Origin: a virus
Lineage: Duplodnaviria > Heunggongvirae > Uroviricota > Caudoviricetes
IMG/VR virus record: IMGVR_UViG_3300022822_000008
Strand: one strand, 5' to 3'
DNA: 64,000 bases
Numbering within the stretch: the stretch's first letter is position 1; every line of letters begins with the position of its first letter. The notes under the pieces were generated by a model that saw only the letters and a list, made by a program, of their open reading frames with translations, searched no databases and had not been told where the DNA came from. Shown here piece by piece: positions 46,839 through 57,209 of this stretch. A program made the position numbers and the translations under genes.

Positions 46839-47647
46839 TGGCAATTGCAAATTATTTTTACAATAAAACAACCAGAAAGTATGTTGCATTATTTGGAACT
46901 TATTTTAATCAGTTAACTATTGAACGAACAGGCACAGCTGGTGAAGATATACAATCCATGATTGTGCCCATAACCTACGCGCCTGTGCAAAAGATGCTTG
47001 CTCGAATTAAACAAGATCCTGAATTCGCTAAAAAGTCTGCACTTCAAATGCCTAGGATGTCTTTCGAGATGACAGGATTATCTTACGACCCAGAGAGGAA
47101 AACACCTCCTGTTGGAAGAATAAGAAAATCAACAGTGGCAGATGATATTTCAGACCAAAATTTTATGTATGCTGGTACTCCTTATATTATTGAATTTTCA
47201 TTATATATTATGAGTAAATATACTGAAGATTCTGCTAAAATATTAGAACAAATATTGCCGTTTTTCAATCCTGATTTTACTAGTTCAGTTCGTCTTATTG
47301 ACGGTATAGATCCTTTTGATGTTCCGTTGATATTGAACGGCGTTTCAATTGAAGATGTTTATGAAGGTACTTTCGAAGAGAGACAGACGCACTTATCAAC
47401 ATTAAATTTCACAATGAAAGGTTGGTTCTTTGGACCAGAACGAAACAAGAAAGTTATAAAATTCGTCGAAGTTGCTATGACTACTGGAGATGACAATGGA
47501 GCTAACACTGCATTTGAATTAACCCAAACAACACAGCCTGGTATGACGGCTAATAATGAACCAACAACTGACATAAATGAGACCATTGATTATACATTAA
47601 TAGATTTTGATGATAATTGGGACTTCATAAAAGTCATAACAGAATAA
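46838..47647 (+). CDS. gp15: tail sheath stabiliser/terminator gp15
   Basis: Motifs YFYNKTTRKYVALFG..FN, MPRMSFEM...YDPERK and ILEQILPFFNP. Confidence 0.92.
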   Translation: MAIANYFYNKTTRKYVALFGTYFNQLTIERTGTAGEDIQSMIVPITYAPVQKMLARIKQDPEFAKKSALQMPRMSFEMTGLSYDPERKTPPVGRIRKSTVADDISDQNFMYAGTPYIIEFSLYIMSKYTEDSAKILEQILPFFNPDFTSSVRLIDGIDPFDVPLILNGVSIEDVYEGTFEERQTHLSTLNFTMKGWFFGPERNKKVIKFVEVAMTTGDDNGANTAFELTQTTQPGMTANNEPTTDINETIDYTLIDFDDNWDFIKVITE

Positions 47648-47660
47648 GGTAGATATCATT

Positions 47661-48137
47661 ATGGGAAAGCGAGAAGATAATAAAGAATCAAAAAGAAATA
47701 TGATGGCAGATACACTAGGAATAAGACGTCCTGATGAATTAATAGAGAAAAAAGAAAAAGAGTTACCTATGACAATAGATCAAGAACCTGAAAAATCCAC
47801 AGATATAGCAATTACTAATTCTTCGGATGAGATGATAGAAGATATCGATAAAGCAAAAGGTAATGTTCAGAACATAATTACCTATGGCGACAGTGCGTTG
47901 GCGGATATGATGGAACTAGCAAAGCAATCAGAATCGCCTCGTGCATATGAAGTTGCTGCATCTTTAATGAAAACGTTATTGGATGCCAACAAAGATTTCG
48001 TTTTAATGTCGAACAGAAAACATACTGCAATAGATGAAGCTAAAGGTGGCGGCAATCAAGAAGGACCCAACGTAGTTAACAATAATTTAGTGGTATCAAC
48101 TACAGACTTATTGAAAATGTTAAAAGGCGATAAATAG
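47661..48137 (+). CDS. gp16: terminase small subunit gp16
   Basis: Motifs ELAKQSESPRAYEV and NNNLVVSTTDLLKML; directly upstream of gp17. Confidence 0.9.
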   Translation: MGKREDNKESKRNMMADTLGIRRPDELIEKKEKELPMTIDQEPEKSTDIAITNSSDEMIEDIDKAKGNVQNIITYGDSALADMMELAKQSESPRAYEVAASLMKTLLDANKDFVLMSNRKHTAIDEAKGGGNQEGPNVVNNNLVVSTTDLLKMLKGDK

Positions 48138-49759
48138 TGGCCGCTATTAAGTCGGAAGGTTATCTAGGTAATACGCATCTTAAGGGTGCGGGAAGTACCA
48201 CAGAGTGGACTCCTGAAATGATAAAGGAATATGTGAAATGTTCCAAGGACCCAGTATACTTTGCTAAAACCTACATTAAAATAGTCCATGTTGATCACGG
48301 TCTCATACCATTCGAGATGTATGATTATCAAGAAGAAATTACAGAGAAAATATTTAGAGCAAGACGAGTCGCAGTATTGACTGCTCGGCAGGCAGGTAAG
48401 ACCACAACTGCAGCAGCCGTAATACTTCATTATATTTTATTCGACGAACAAAAGACAGTAGCAATATTAGCAAACAAAGGTGATGCAGCAAGAGAAGTAT
48501 TAGGAAGAATACAACTTGCGTATGAAGCATTACCTAAATGGATGCAACAGGGTGTTAAAGAATGGAATAAAGGTAGTCTTGCACTAGAAAACGGTTGCAA
48601 AATATATGCAGGCACAACATCTTCATCTGCAATTCGTGGTAAATCAATATCATTCCTATATTTGGACGAAGTTGCATTCATTGAAGGTTATGATGAGTTC
48701 TTCGCATCTGTTTATCCTACAATTTCTTCAGGTGAAACAACAAAACTATTAATGACTTCTACGCCAAACGGACTGAATCATTTTTGGAAAACTTGCAAGG
48801 GCGCTGAAGAAGGAACAAACGGGTATGAGTTTGTTAAGGTTATGTGGAGTGATGTACCTGGAAGAGGAGATGCTTGGAAACAAGAAACTCTTGAAGCGCT
48901 AGATTTTGACTTAGAAAAATTCGCGCAAGAATATGAAGGTAGTTTCCTTGGAAGTTCTGGTACTTTAATCGATGGTGCAAAATTAAAACAGATGTTGCAT
49001 TCAAGACCTATACAAGAAAGAGAAAAGGTGTATCAATATTTTGCGCCGGTTCCTGAATCTACATATGCTTTAATAGTAGATGTATCCAGAGGTAAGGGTT
49101 TAGATTATTCTACATTTAACGTTATAGATATTACAAAAATGCCTTATCAGCAAGTTTGCGTTTTTAGAGACAATATGATAGGACCTGTGGATTTTGCATC
49201 AGTAATTTTCAGAGTTGGGATGATGTATAATGAAGCTGCAGTTTTGATTGAAATAAATGATATCGGAGAACAAGTTTCTGACGTTCTTCAAATGGATTAT
49301 GGTTATGAAAACTTACTATTCACAGAGAACGCGGGTCGAGCAGGAAAAAGAATATCAAGCGGATTTGGTAAAAGATCAGATAATGGTATAAGAACAACCA
49401 AATCTGTAAAAGCAGTAGGTTGTTCCATAATCAAAATGTTAATAGAACAAAATCAACTTGTGATATGTGACTACAATACAATACAAGAATTATCTAGATT
49501 TTCCAAAAAGGGTAATTCATACGAAGCGGAAAGTGGTTCCCATGATGACTTAGTTATGAATTTAGTTCTATTCGCGTGGTTATCAGATCAAGCATATTTT
49601 AAAGAAATGACTGATATAAATACATTAATGAAATTACGTGAAAAAACAGATGAGCAAATAGAACAAGATTTACTGCCTTTTGGGTTCATAGATATGGGTG
49701 ATGATGACATAGATGATTCAGGTTTTGCTCCAATACCGCGAGAAGAAGCTTGGTTTTAA
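48137..49759 (+). CDS. gp17: terminase large subunit gp17
   Basis: Walker A RQAGKTT, Walker B LYLDEVAF, STPNGLNHF, nuclease motifs DVSRGKG.DYS and HDDLVM; GTG start. Confidence 0.97.
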   Translation: MAAIKSEGYLGNTHLKGAGSTTEWTPEMIKEYVKCSKDPVYFAKTYIKIVHVDHGLIPFEMYDYQEEITEKIFRARRVAVLTARQAGKTTTAAAVILHYILFDEQKTVAILANKGDAAREVLGRIQLAYEALPKWMQQGVKEWNKGSLALENGCKIYAGTTSSSAIRGKSISFLYLDEVAFIEGYDEFFASVYPTISSGETTKLLMTSTPNGLNHFWKTCKGAEEGTNGYEFVKVMWSDVPGRGDAWKQETLEALDFDLEKFAQEYEGSFLGSSGTLIDGAKLKQMLHSRPIQEREKVYQYFAPVPESTYALIVDVSRGKGLDYSTFNVIDITKMPYQQVCVFRDNMIGPVDFASVIFRVGMMYNEAAVLIEINDIGEQVSDVLQMDYGYENLLFTENAGRAGKRISSGFGKRSDNGIRTTKSVKAVGCSIIKMLIEQNQLVICDYNTIQELSRFSKKGNSYEAESGSHDDLVMNLVLFAWLSDQAYFKEMTDINTLMKLREKTDEQIEQDLLPFGFIDMGDDDIDDSGFAPIPREEAWF

Positions 49760-49774
49760 ACAAATTGTGGATGT

Positions 49775-49782
49775 TATAAATA
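49775..49782 (+). promoter_or_regulatory. T4-type late promoter TATAAATA for gp18
   Basis: Exact consensus in the intergenic region. Confidence 0.82.
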
Positions 49783-49840
49783 CAATTAGAAATAATAGAA
49801 ACTGATTAACATTTAACATATAATAATAAAGGAGAAGAAT

Positions 49841-51709
49841 ATGGCTTTTTCCGTAAGCCCTTCAGTAATCATCCGTGAAATAGACCAGTCGGCTTCAGTG
49901 CCGTCAATAGCTACTTCACCGGCCGCGATTGCAGGCGTTTTTAATTGGGGTCCCGTAAACGAACCCATCTTAATAACATCAGAAGACAATTTGGTTGCAC
50001 GTTTTGGCGCACCAACAGACACAACTTATGAGACATTTTTTGCAGCTGCAGACTTTCTTTCATATTCAAATGCATTATACGTAGCGCGTGCTGAATTAGC
50101 TGGCGCAGAACAAGCAAGTGGTACTTTCTTCAAAGGCAAGTACTTAGGAACCAAAGCCAACGATCTTGACGTATCTTTTACCGATACAGCAGATTACGAA
50201 CAGACAATAGCTTCTGTTGGTGATTTAAACCAAGGTGGAGATGGCACAAGTGATAATATTATAACTTTTAATACTAATTCACTTGTATGGGATCAATCTA
50301 GTTCTTTTCCTGTTGGAACCTTTGCTGTCGGTGATGTCATAAGATTAGGTAACGATTCTGTGGGATATCAAGAACTTACAATTTCTGCTATTGAAACTGA
50401 AATTGCTGTTGCTTCTTATTACGTAAATGAATTGACTTTTGCTAGTAATTATAGATTAGCAGAAAGCGATTTATCACTTCTTTCAATTACAAAGAAATGG
50501 GGTTATGCTTCATCTTTCGCAAAAGCGCCTGATGCAGGACACAGACATATTGTAGTTATTGATAGAGCTGGTAATATAACAGGTAATGCAGGAACAATCT
50601 TAGAATTGTATAATAACGTTTCTGAAACTCCAGGTGCTACTAAATCAGATGGTAGAGATAACTTTATATATGATGTTATCTTAAACAGTTCATCATGGAT
50701 AACTCCTACTGATACGACAGCTGATGACTTAATTACTTCTTTATCTGGTACTGGAAGAAATTATTCTTCATTAACTTCTGGAAATGATGGTGTAGCTTCT
50801 GGTGTTCCTACGACTGAAGCAAATGTTACTTTGGGTCCTCTTGCTCTTGCGTATGATACATTTATCAATGCTAATGATATTGATATATCCTTTATTCTTC
50901 AAGGAAAAGGTGATGCAGGCGCAAATCTTGCTAATTATATTGTTGGTAACATTGCAGAAACTAGAAAGGATTGTGTTGTTTATCTGTCTCCTTCTAAAGA
51001 AGCGGTTGTTGATGAATTGAAAAGTAACTCTAAAATGACTAATGCTATTGCATATCGTAATTTAGTACAGAGTTCATCTTACTGGTTCATGGACAGCGGT
51101 TATAAATATCGCTACGACAAATACAATGACAAATATCGTTGGGTTCCTTTGAATGGTGATGTCGCAGGTCTTGCTTCAAGAGTAGAACCTTACGAATCAC
51201 CAGCTGGTTTCCGTAAAGGAATAATTAAGAATGTTGTAAAATTGGCATTCAATCCAAGCAAACCTCAGCGTGATCAATTATATAGCTCTGATATCAATCC
51301 TGTAATGTCTCAGGTTGGTCAAGGTGTCGTATTATTTGGTGACAGAACAGGCAATCCTATTGAAAGTGCATTTAGTTTCTTGAACGTCCGTAGATTATTC
51401 ATTGCGGTTGAAAAGGCTATTGCCAGTGCTTCACAAGGTTTCCTATTCGAACTTAATGATACTTATACACAAACACAGTTTAAAAATATCGTTGACCCGT
51501 TTTTGAGAGATATTCAAGGCCGTCGTGGTATTATCGACTTTACTGTTATATGTGATTCTAGAGTAAACACACCAACTGTTGTCGACCAAGGTCTATTTAA
51601 AGCGCAAATCTTTATAAAACCGGCACGTTCCATTCAAGTAATTGAACTTACCTTTGTTGCTACACGCAGCGGAATCGAGTTTGAAGAAATTGTCGGTTCA
51701 GTAAATTAA
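49841..51709 (+). CDS. gp18: tail sheath protein gp18
   Basis: Motifs SP.V..REID, F.WGP, YDKYND.YRWVPLNGD.AG, NVRRLF and IFIKPARSI. Confidence 0.97.
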   Translation: MAFSVSPSVIIREIDQSASVPSIATSPAAIAGVFNWGPVNEPILITSEDNLVARFGAPTDTTYETFFAAADFLSYSNALYVARAELAGAEQASGTFFKGKYLGTKANDLDVSFTDTADYEQTIASVGDLNQGGDGTSDNIITFNTNSLVWDQSSSFPVGTFAVGDVIRLGNDSVGYQELTISAIETEIAVASYYVNELTFASNYRLAESDLSLLSITKKWGYASSFAKAPDAGHRHIVVIDRAGNITGNAGTILELYNNVSETPGATKSDGRDNFIYDVILNSSSWITPTDTTADDLITSLSGTGRNYSSLTSGNDGVASGVPTTEANVTLGPLALAYDTFINANDIDISFILQGKGDAGANLANYIVGNIAETRKDCVVYLSPSKEAVVDELKSNSKMTNAIAYRNLVQSSSYWFMDSGYKYRYDKYNDKYRWVPLNGDVAGLASRVEPYESPAGFRKGIIKNVVKLAFNPSKPQRDQLYSSDINPVMSQVGQGVVLFGDRTGNPIESAFSFLNVRRLFIAVEKAIASASQGFLFELNDTYTQTQFKNIVDPFLRDIQGRRGIIDFTVICDSRVNTPTVVDQGLFKAQIFIKPARSIQVIELTFVATRSGIEFEEIVGSVN

Positions 51710-51787
51710 GTTGATCCGGATTATGTTTATATAACTAAATGATAAATAATAAATAACAACAAATAAAAATAATAAGGAGAATGTGGC

Positions 51788-52324
51788 ATGGCCGGATTCA
51801 ACATAAATGAGTTTAAATCACAGTTAGTTGGTGGTGGCGCTCGTCCAACTCTATTCCAAGTTCAAATAATAAATCCTGTAAATCCAGGCGCAGACTTTAA
51901 AGTACCATTTATGGTCAAGGCTGCAGGTATTCCTGCTTCAACTGTTGGAGTTTATACAGTTCCGTATTTTGGTCGTCAGATTAAATACGCAGGAGATAGA
52001 ACATTTGAAGATTGGGAAATAACAGTAATAAACGATGAAGATTTTGCAGTTCGTAATGCAATGGAAGCATGGATGGATGCAATAAATTCACACGATGCTA
52101 ATACTAGAGCTTTGCCGCAAGATTACAAGTCAAATGCAATCATTACTCAGTTTAGTAAAGATGGTTCTCCAATACGCTCATATGTATTCGAAGGTATTCA
52201 TCCAGTAAACATTGCTGGTATTGAAATGTCTTGGGAAACAGTTGATACTATTGAAGAATTCGGTGTTACTTTCCAGTATGATACATGGCGCGTTGAAGGT
52301 ACTACAGGAATTCCAACAACTTAA
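51788..52324 (+). CDS. gp19: tail tube protein gp19
   Basis: Motifs GGGARPTLF.V, AGDRTFEDW.ITVIND and IEEF.VTFQYD.W. Confidence 0.96.
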   Translation: MAGFNINEFKSQLVGGGARPTLFQVQIINPVNPGADFKVPFMVKAAGIPASTVGVYTVPYFGRQIKYAGDRTFEDWEITVINDEDFAVRNAMEAWMDAINSHDANTRALPQDYKSNAIITQFSKDGSPIRSYVFEGIHPVNIAGIEMSWETVDTIEEFGVTFQYDTWRVEGTTGIPTT

Positions 52325-52355
52325 TTTATGATCGATTTTTGAAAGGAAGTATTAT

Positions 52356-53876
52356 ATGAAGATTCTTGGTTTTACGATAAACAGAGAAGGTGATGGTGAT
52401 GTAAAAACTCCATCTTCCTTCACAGAACCACAAAATAATGACGGTGCAATTACGGTAGGAAATGCAGTTGGCGGATCCTACAATACTTCTCTTGATATGG
52501 AAAGTACTGCTAAGACAGAATCGGAACTTGTCACGAAATATCGTACAATGGCAATGCAGCCAGAACTTACAAACGCAATTGATGAAATTGTGAACGAAGC
52601 GATCAGTGTTGATTCTAATGAGAATGTCGTTGAAATAGTCCTCGAAAAAACAAATTTGCCTGATAAAGTTAAAGAAGCAATAACTCAAGAATTTAAAAAC
52701 GTACTAAAGTTATTCGACTTCACTAATAAAGGTTATGATATATTTACCAAATTTTATATTGACGGCCGATTAAATTACCACATAATAATTGACGAAAATA
52801 AATTATCAGAAGGTATAGTAGAACTACGCTACATTGATCCTAGAAAGATAAAATTAATCCGAGAAATGGATATTAAAGGAAAAGATGCAGCAACTGGAAT
52901 ACCTTTGAAAGTTGTGAAAAACGAATTTTACATGTATTCAGAAACTGGTTATCAGGCTACTGGTATGACAGGCGGCAGTGCCACAGGTTTCAGAATTGCA
53001 AAAGATTCAATCGCCAGAGTCACATCTGGAATAATGAACGAAAATAATGCTTTGGTTCTTGGCCACTTACACCCCTCAATAAAACCTCTTAACCAATTAC
53101 GTATGCTTGAGGATGCCACAGTTATATACACTTTAACTCGCGCACCAGAACGTAGAATCTTTTATATTGATGTTGGTAATTTACCCAAAGCAAAGGCCGA
53201 ACAATATCTTCGCGACATGATGACAAGGCACAAAAACAAATTACAATATAACTCGACCACTGGTGAAATGACCGATGCTCGTAAAATGATGACAATGACT
53301 GAAGATTTTTGGTTCCCGAGGCGTGGCGGTGAAAGATCAACTGAAGTAGATACATTACAAGGTGGTTCGTCACAGGCCTTAAGTTCAGACGAAAATATGC
53401 AATATTTTCAACGTAAATTGTATAAGTCATTAAAAGTTCCACTTTCAAGATTAGAACCTGAATCAAGTTACTCTTTTGGTCGTGTATCGGAAATCACTAG
53501 AGACGAAGTTAAATTCAGTAAATTCATAAGAAGAACAAGATCTAGGTTCTCTGAAATCTTTAATATAGTACTCGAAAAACAATTAGTTTTAAAAGGTGTA
53601 TTAGATCCTAACGAATTTGCAGATTTAAAAAATGACATAGGTTATGACTTCATTAAAGAATCATATTTTGAAGAACTCAAGGAAGCAGAAATTATTCGGG
53701 AACGTTTGAATACCATGAGAGAAATGGATGAATATGTCGGCCGTTATTATTCTGAAGCTTGGGTTCGTAAAAATATTCTTATGCAATCAGAAGAAGATAT
53801 TAAAGAAATTGACGAGGAAATTGCAAGCGAAGTAGAAAAAGGCGATAACTTGGATGACTTCGGTGTAGACATTTAA
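52356..53876 (+). CDS. gp20: portal protein gp20
   Basis: Motifs NQLRMLEDA.VIY...RAPERRIFYIDVGNLPK.KAEQY, EDFWFPRR and EITRDEVKF.KF. Confidence 0.97.
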   Translation: MKILGFTINREGDGDVKTPSSFTEPQNNDGAITVGNAVGGSYNTSLDMESTAKTESELVTKYRTMAMQPELTNAIDEIVNEAISVDSNENVVEIVLEKTNLPDKVKEAITQEFKNVLKLFDFTNKGYDIFTKFYIDGRLNYHIIIDENKLSEGIVELRYIDPRKIKLIREMDIKGKDAATGIPLKVVKNEFYMYSETGYQATGMTGGSATGFRIAKDSIARVTSGIMNENNALVLGHLHPSIKPLNQLRMLEDATVIYTLTRAPERRIFYIDVGNLPKAKAEQYLRDMMTRHKNKLQYNSTTGEMTDARKMMTMTEDFWFPRRGGERSTEVDTLQGGSSQALSSDENMQYFQRKLYKSLKVPLSRLEPESSYSFGRVSEITRDEVKFSKFIRRTRSRFSEIFNIVLEKQLVLKGVLDPNEFADLKNDIGYDFIKESYFEELKEAEIIRERLNTMREMDEYVGRYYSEAWVRKNILMQSEEDIKEIDEEIASEVEKGDNLDDFGVDI

Positions 53877-53914
53877 AATGCACAGAAATTTAATATATTT
53901 AGGAGTTTAAAAAA

Positions 53915-54298
53915 ATGAGAATTACAGTAGCATGTCCAGAACAATTACAAGCAGATTCTAATCAACTGGCAATGGCGTTGGCCTTGAGTGTCGCCGATGT
54001 AGATACATATAAAGATCTTTCATGGCAAGACGCGGAAGGTAACCTGTACGCTGTCGCTAGTTTCCCGACAACTGACGCATGGATTCACTTTGCCCAGAAC
54101 ACGCTTAATAGACCCGCTTGGGATATTGACAGCGTTATCGATATGGACGCAGTTGTAAGAGCGCAAAACGACTTGGTGTTTAGTGATACAGCAATCGAAG
54201 CTGTGCCTAATAAACTAACCGCTTGTTTAGGCGATAATGGTTTGGATGTCCTTTTAAATATGGGCTTGTTTGCGATACCTAGCGAAGAAGGGATTTAA
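53915..54298 (+). CDS. 127-aa hypothetical protein of the inserted cassette
   Basis: AGGAG RBS; codon usage looks more GC-rich than flanking genes; tightly coupled to the next ORF. Confidence 0.75.
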   Translation: MRITVACPEQLQADSNQLAMALALSVADVDTYKDLSWQDAEGNLYAVASFPTTDAWIHFAQNTLNRPAWDIDSVIDMDAVVRAQNDLVFSDTAIEAVPNKLTACLGDNGLDVLLNMGLFAIPSEEGI

Positions 54299-54300
54299 TA

Positions 54301-56655
54301 GTGGCCTATGATCCGTTAGCTTTATTTGCCAATGGTGAGTCGGGCGCATGGTACGATCCTAGTGACTTATCAACACTATTCCAAGACTCAGCGGGAACCA
54401 TTCCTGTAACAGAGGACGGACAGCCTGTCGGTAGGATGCTTGATAAATCCGGTAACGATAACCACGCTACGCAATCAGTATCCAGCAAGAGGCCGACATA
54501 TAAGAGTGTTGATGGTGTCCAGTGGTTAGACTTTGATGGTATTGACGATATTCTTGAAACGGGTAATATTAACTTTTCTCAAACTGATAAGATGAGTGTT
54601 TTTTGCCAGCTACAATCACTTATTAATCGCTCATCAGTCCTTGTAGAACTTACAAACTCCTCTCAACCACCTGGCGCGTTTAGTGTTTTTGTGGGAAACG
54701 GTGACGAGGGAAGAAATTATGGTTGGTCTACCTGTTCGGGGAATGGAACACAAGCTTATGCAGCGTCTAGTGATTTACCTATTCCTTTTACACTAACTAA
54801 CACAGTTTTAATTGACCGAAGCGGTTCATCTTTAGAAACCCTTTTCAAACCAAGATTGAACGGGGAACCTGCGCAAATAGATTTTCCGTTCCCTCATGAT
54901 CAAAATGGAAACTTTGCCAATGATAATTTATACATCGGTGCTAGAGGATTAGGTGGTAAATATTTAGAAGGAAAAATATACGGGCTGATAGTTCGCGGAG
55001 TAACGAGCACCACACAAGAAGTCACAGACACGGAAAAATACCTCACTTCTTTGACTGTAAGAGACTTTAAACCAAATCATTTATTTGAGAACAACGAAGT
55101 CGGTGCTTGGTATGATCCTAGCGATTTGTCTACGTTGTTTCAAGACCCAGAAGGCACTATACCTGTAACACAAGATGGTCAACCTGTTGGTTTGATGCTG
55201 GATAAGTCAAAAGAGATTGAGCTTCTGTCTGAACTGATTAGCAACGGAGAGTTCACTACCGACACAACTGATTGGAGTGCCCATAATGCTGTGTTGTCAA
55301 TTGAGAACGGCACAATAAAAGTAGATGACTCTGCAAATGCCGGAGATAATAGTTCGGCACAGCAACAACTTACGGGTTTAGTAATAGGAAAATCATACAT
55401 TCTGTCAGGGCAAATTGTATCGTCTAATAATTCAGGTAATATAGTTTTGTGGCAAGAAGGTGAAAATACTTCAGTAACTAATAACGCTAGTTTTATACTG
55501 GCGTACGTCGTACAAGAGTTTAACGGCAGTGGTGTTTTTACCGCGACAGGCACTACCGCAACTATTGGATTAGTATCAAACAGCGTTGGAATTACTTATT
55601 TCGACAATATTTCCGTTAAATCTCAGCTCATTAATTGTGCTACACAATCAGTTGCCAGCAAACGACCAACTTATAGAGATGTGGGTGGGGTGCAATGGTT
55701 AGAGTTTGATGGTGTTGATGACTCTATGGATTTGGGCGGTGGATTTTTAACCCCAAATAGCGTAATAGCATTTGCATTTGAGGCAATAGGTGAGATAGCT
55801 TTAGCTGGAGATACTGGGGGTGGGCGTTTTGTTGGTATTGGTCAAGATAGAGGTAACGAAGGGTTTCCCTCAACCCTTAACGTGGGCAACCCAACTGTAC
55901 TCTTAGATGGGGCATCTTTTACAAATAAAACACAAACGGAACTTTTCTTTGCCGCGAGTGGAAACGGGAAGCACATATACTCTGTTGGGGGGGACTACAC
56001 GCAGTGGAGTAATAGTTCATTTATAGGACGTAGTAATGATATCCAGGTTCACCATAAGGGCGCTATTTACGGAATTATTCTTTACGAGGGTGAAACTGCA
56101 CAAAAGACACAAGACACAGAAGAATACCTAACCGCGTTAACTGTGCCAGCGGGTATTCAACAGCAATTAAGCTTGATTGCTGCAACACAATATAGTGTTA
56201 CTGGAACCACTAGAGTCGAAAGACCATTAAATACAGACATCATCACAATAGTAACATCCCAAGCACCAGATGCAAAACCAGTAGCAAGAAGTGTTGTTGT
56301 AACAACTTTCTATCAGGATCTTATAAGAGTTCCAAATTATAATGTGCCAGAACTTGTATTTGGCGGATCTAATACTATCAAGAGTGGCGTAGGAGAAGTA
56401 ATGAGCCCGTTGATCCTATGTAACACTACTAATACTACAGCGATTATTGACGTTGAATCATATCGGTATCTCGAAAATATTAAATATTATTTCATTAAAA
56501 ATTTACCAATACCTCCATACGAGACAATATCAATACCACTAAACGGCGAATTCTTTAAAACCGGTGATATGTTACAAATAAAAGGCGACTTGGAATCTGG
56601 TGTGCATGCTATTATTTCATTCACGCTGGGGCAATCGGAAGAAAATGATGTCTAG
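54301..56655 (+). CDS. chimeric protein: two LamG/ConA-like (WYDPSDLSTLFQD) domains, a CBM-like insert and a C-terminal paralogue of the 145-aa protein
   Basis: Internal duplication of GAWYDPSDLSTLFQD..GTIPVT.DGQPVG.MLDKS and of ATQSV.SKRPTY...QWL.FDG.DD; ELISNGEF...YFDNISVK insert; ends in [13 protein letters not shown]. Confidence 0.8.
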   Translation: MAYDPLALFANGESGAWYDPSDLSTLFQDSAGTIPVTEDGQPVGRMLDKSGNDNHATQSVSSKRPTYKSVDGVQWLDFDGIDDILETGNINFSQTDKMSVFCQLQSLINRSSVLVELTNSSQPPGAFSVFVGNGDEGRNYGWSTCSGNGTQAYAASSDLPIPFTLTNTVLIDRSGSSLETLFKPRLNGEPAQIDFPFPHDQNGNFANDNLYIGARGLGGKYLEGKIYGLIVRGVTSTTQEVTDTEKYLTSLTVRDFKPNHLFENNEVGAWYDPSDLSTLFQDPEGTIPVTQDGQPVGLMLDKSKEIELLSELISNGEFTTDTTDWSAHNAVLSIENGTIKVDDSANAGDNSSAQQQLTGLVIGKSYILSGQIVSSNNSGNIVLWQEGENTSVTNNASFILAYVVQEFNGSGVFTATGTTATIGLVSNSVGITYFDNISVKSQLINCATQSVASKRPTYRDVGGVQWLEFDGVDDSMDLGGGFLTPNSVIAFAFEAIGEIALAGDTGGGRFVGIGQDRGNEGFPSTLNVGNPTVLLDGASFTNKTQTELFFAASGNGKHIYSVGGDYTQWSNSSFIGRSNDIQVHHKGAIYGIILYEGETAQKTQDTEEYLTALTVPAGIQQQLSLIAATQYSVTGTTRVERPLNTDIITIVTSQAPDAKPVARSVVVTTFYQDLIRVPNYNVPELVFGGSNTIKSGVGEVMSPLILCNTTNTTAIIDVESYRYLENIKYYFIKNLPIPPYETISIPLNGEFFKTGDMLQIKGDLESGVHAIISFTLGQSEENDV

Positions 56656-56660
56656 CATAA

Positions 56661-56694
56661 ATATACGTGCATATAAAATATACGTGCATATAAA
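56661..56694. repeat. 17-bp perfect tandem duplication ATATACGTGCATATAAA (two copies)
   Basis: Read directly from the sequence; intergenic. Confidence 0.9.
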
Positions 56695-56769
56695 ATATAG
56701 TTGGAATAATTAGACGCTGGTGCGTGATAGATTAAATCTTATTGAAATAACTTAATAAAGGAGACTGAA

Positions 56770-57153
56770 ATGACTCAATTCGCATCAAATGCAGTACTTA
56801 TAAATGGACCACAATATTTAAAAGATAACGTAACCATCATGCACATATGTAAAGCACCCCTAAAGTCTGATACGTTAACACAAATAGAAGGTAAATCATT
56901 CGCATCTGTCGAGTTCAATAGTTCAGATATATCTATTGAATCTTCTGGAGATAACATTAGTATAATCACTGCTCAGAAAGTTGGTTTAATAGCTAATAAT
57001 GAAGCTGCCGAGACCGATGATATTGCTGTTGTATTTTGCTCAGGTACTGAAAATTTAGCATGTCTCGACGCAACAGATCGAGTATTATCAGACGCCAGCG
57101 GAGATACCCTTGAAGTTACGGCTGGTTTAATTAATATTAACAACTGGTCTTAA
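56770..57153 (+). CDS. 127-aa hypothetical structural protein
   Basis: AAGGAG RBS; beta-rich composition resembling small tail-associated proteins. Confidence 0.7.
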   Translation: MTQFASNAVLINGPQYLKDNVTIMHICKAPLKSDTLTQIEGKSFASVEFNSSDISIESSGDNISIITAQKVGLIANNEAAETDDIAVVFCSGTENLACLDATDRVLSDASGDTLEVTAGLININNWS

Positions 57154-57209
57154 TTTAGCAAAGATCAAGCGTAAATATATTTTATGTTCGTAAGTCAAAT
57201 TTGAAGTTG

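Noticed and set aside
21200-56655. Diversity-generating retroelement template/variable repeat pair (145-aa gene versus 56239-56655, or the internal fibre duplications)
   Set aside because: The differences are not adenine-specific, both copies are coding, and there is no reverse transcriptase in the window.
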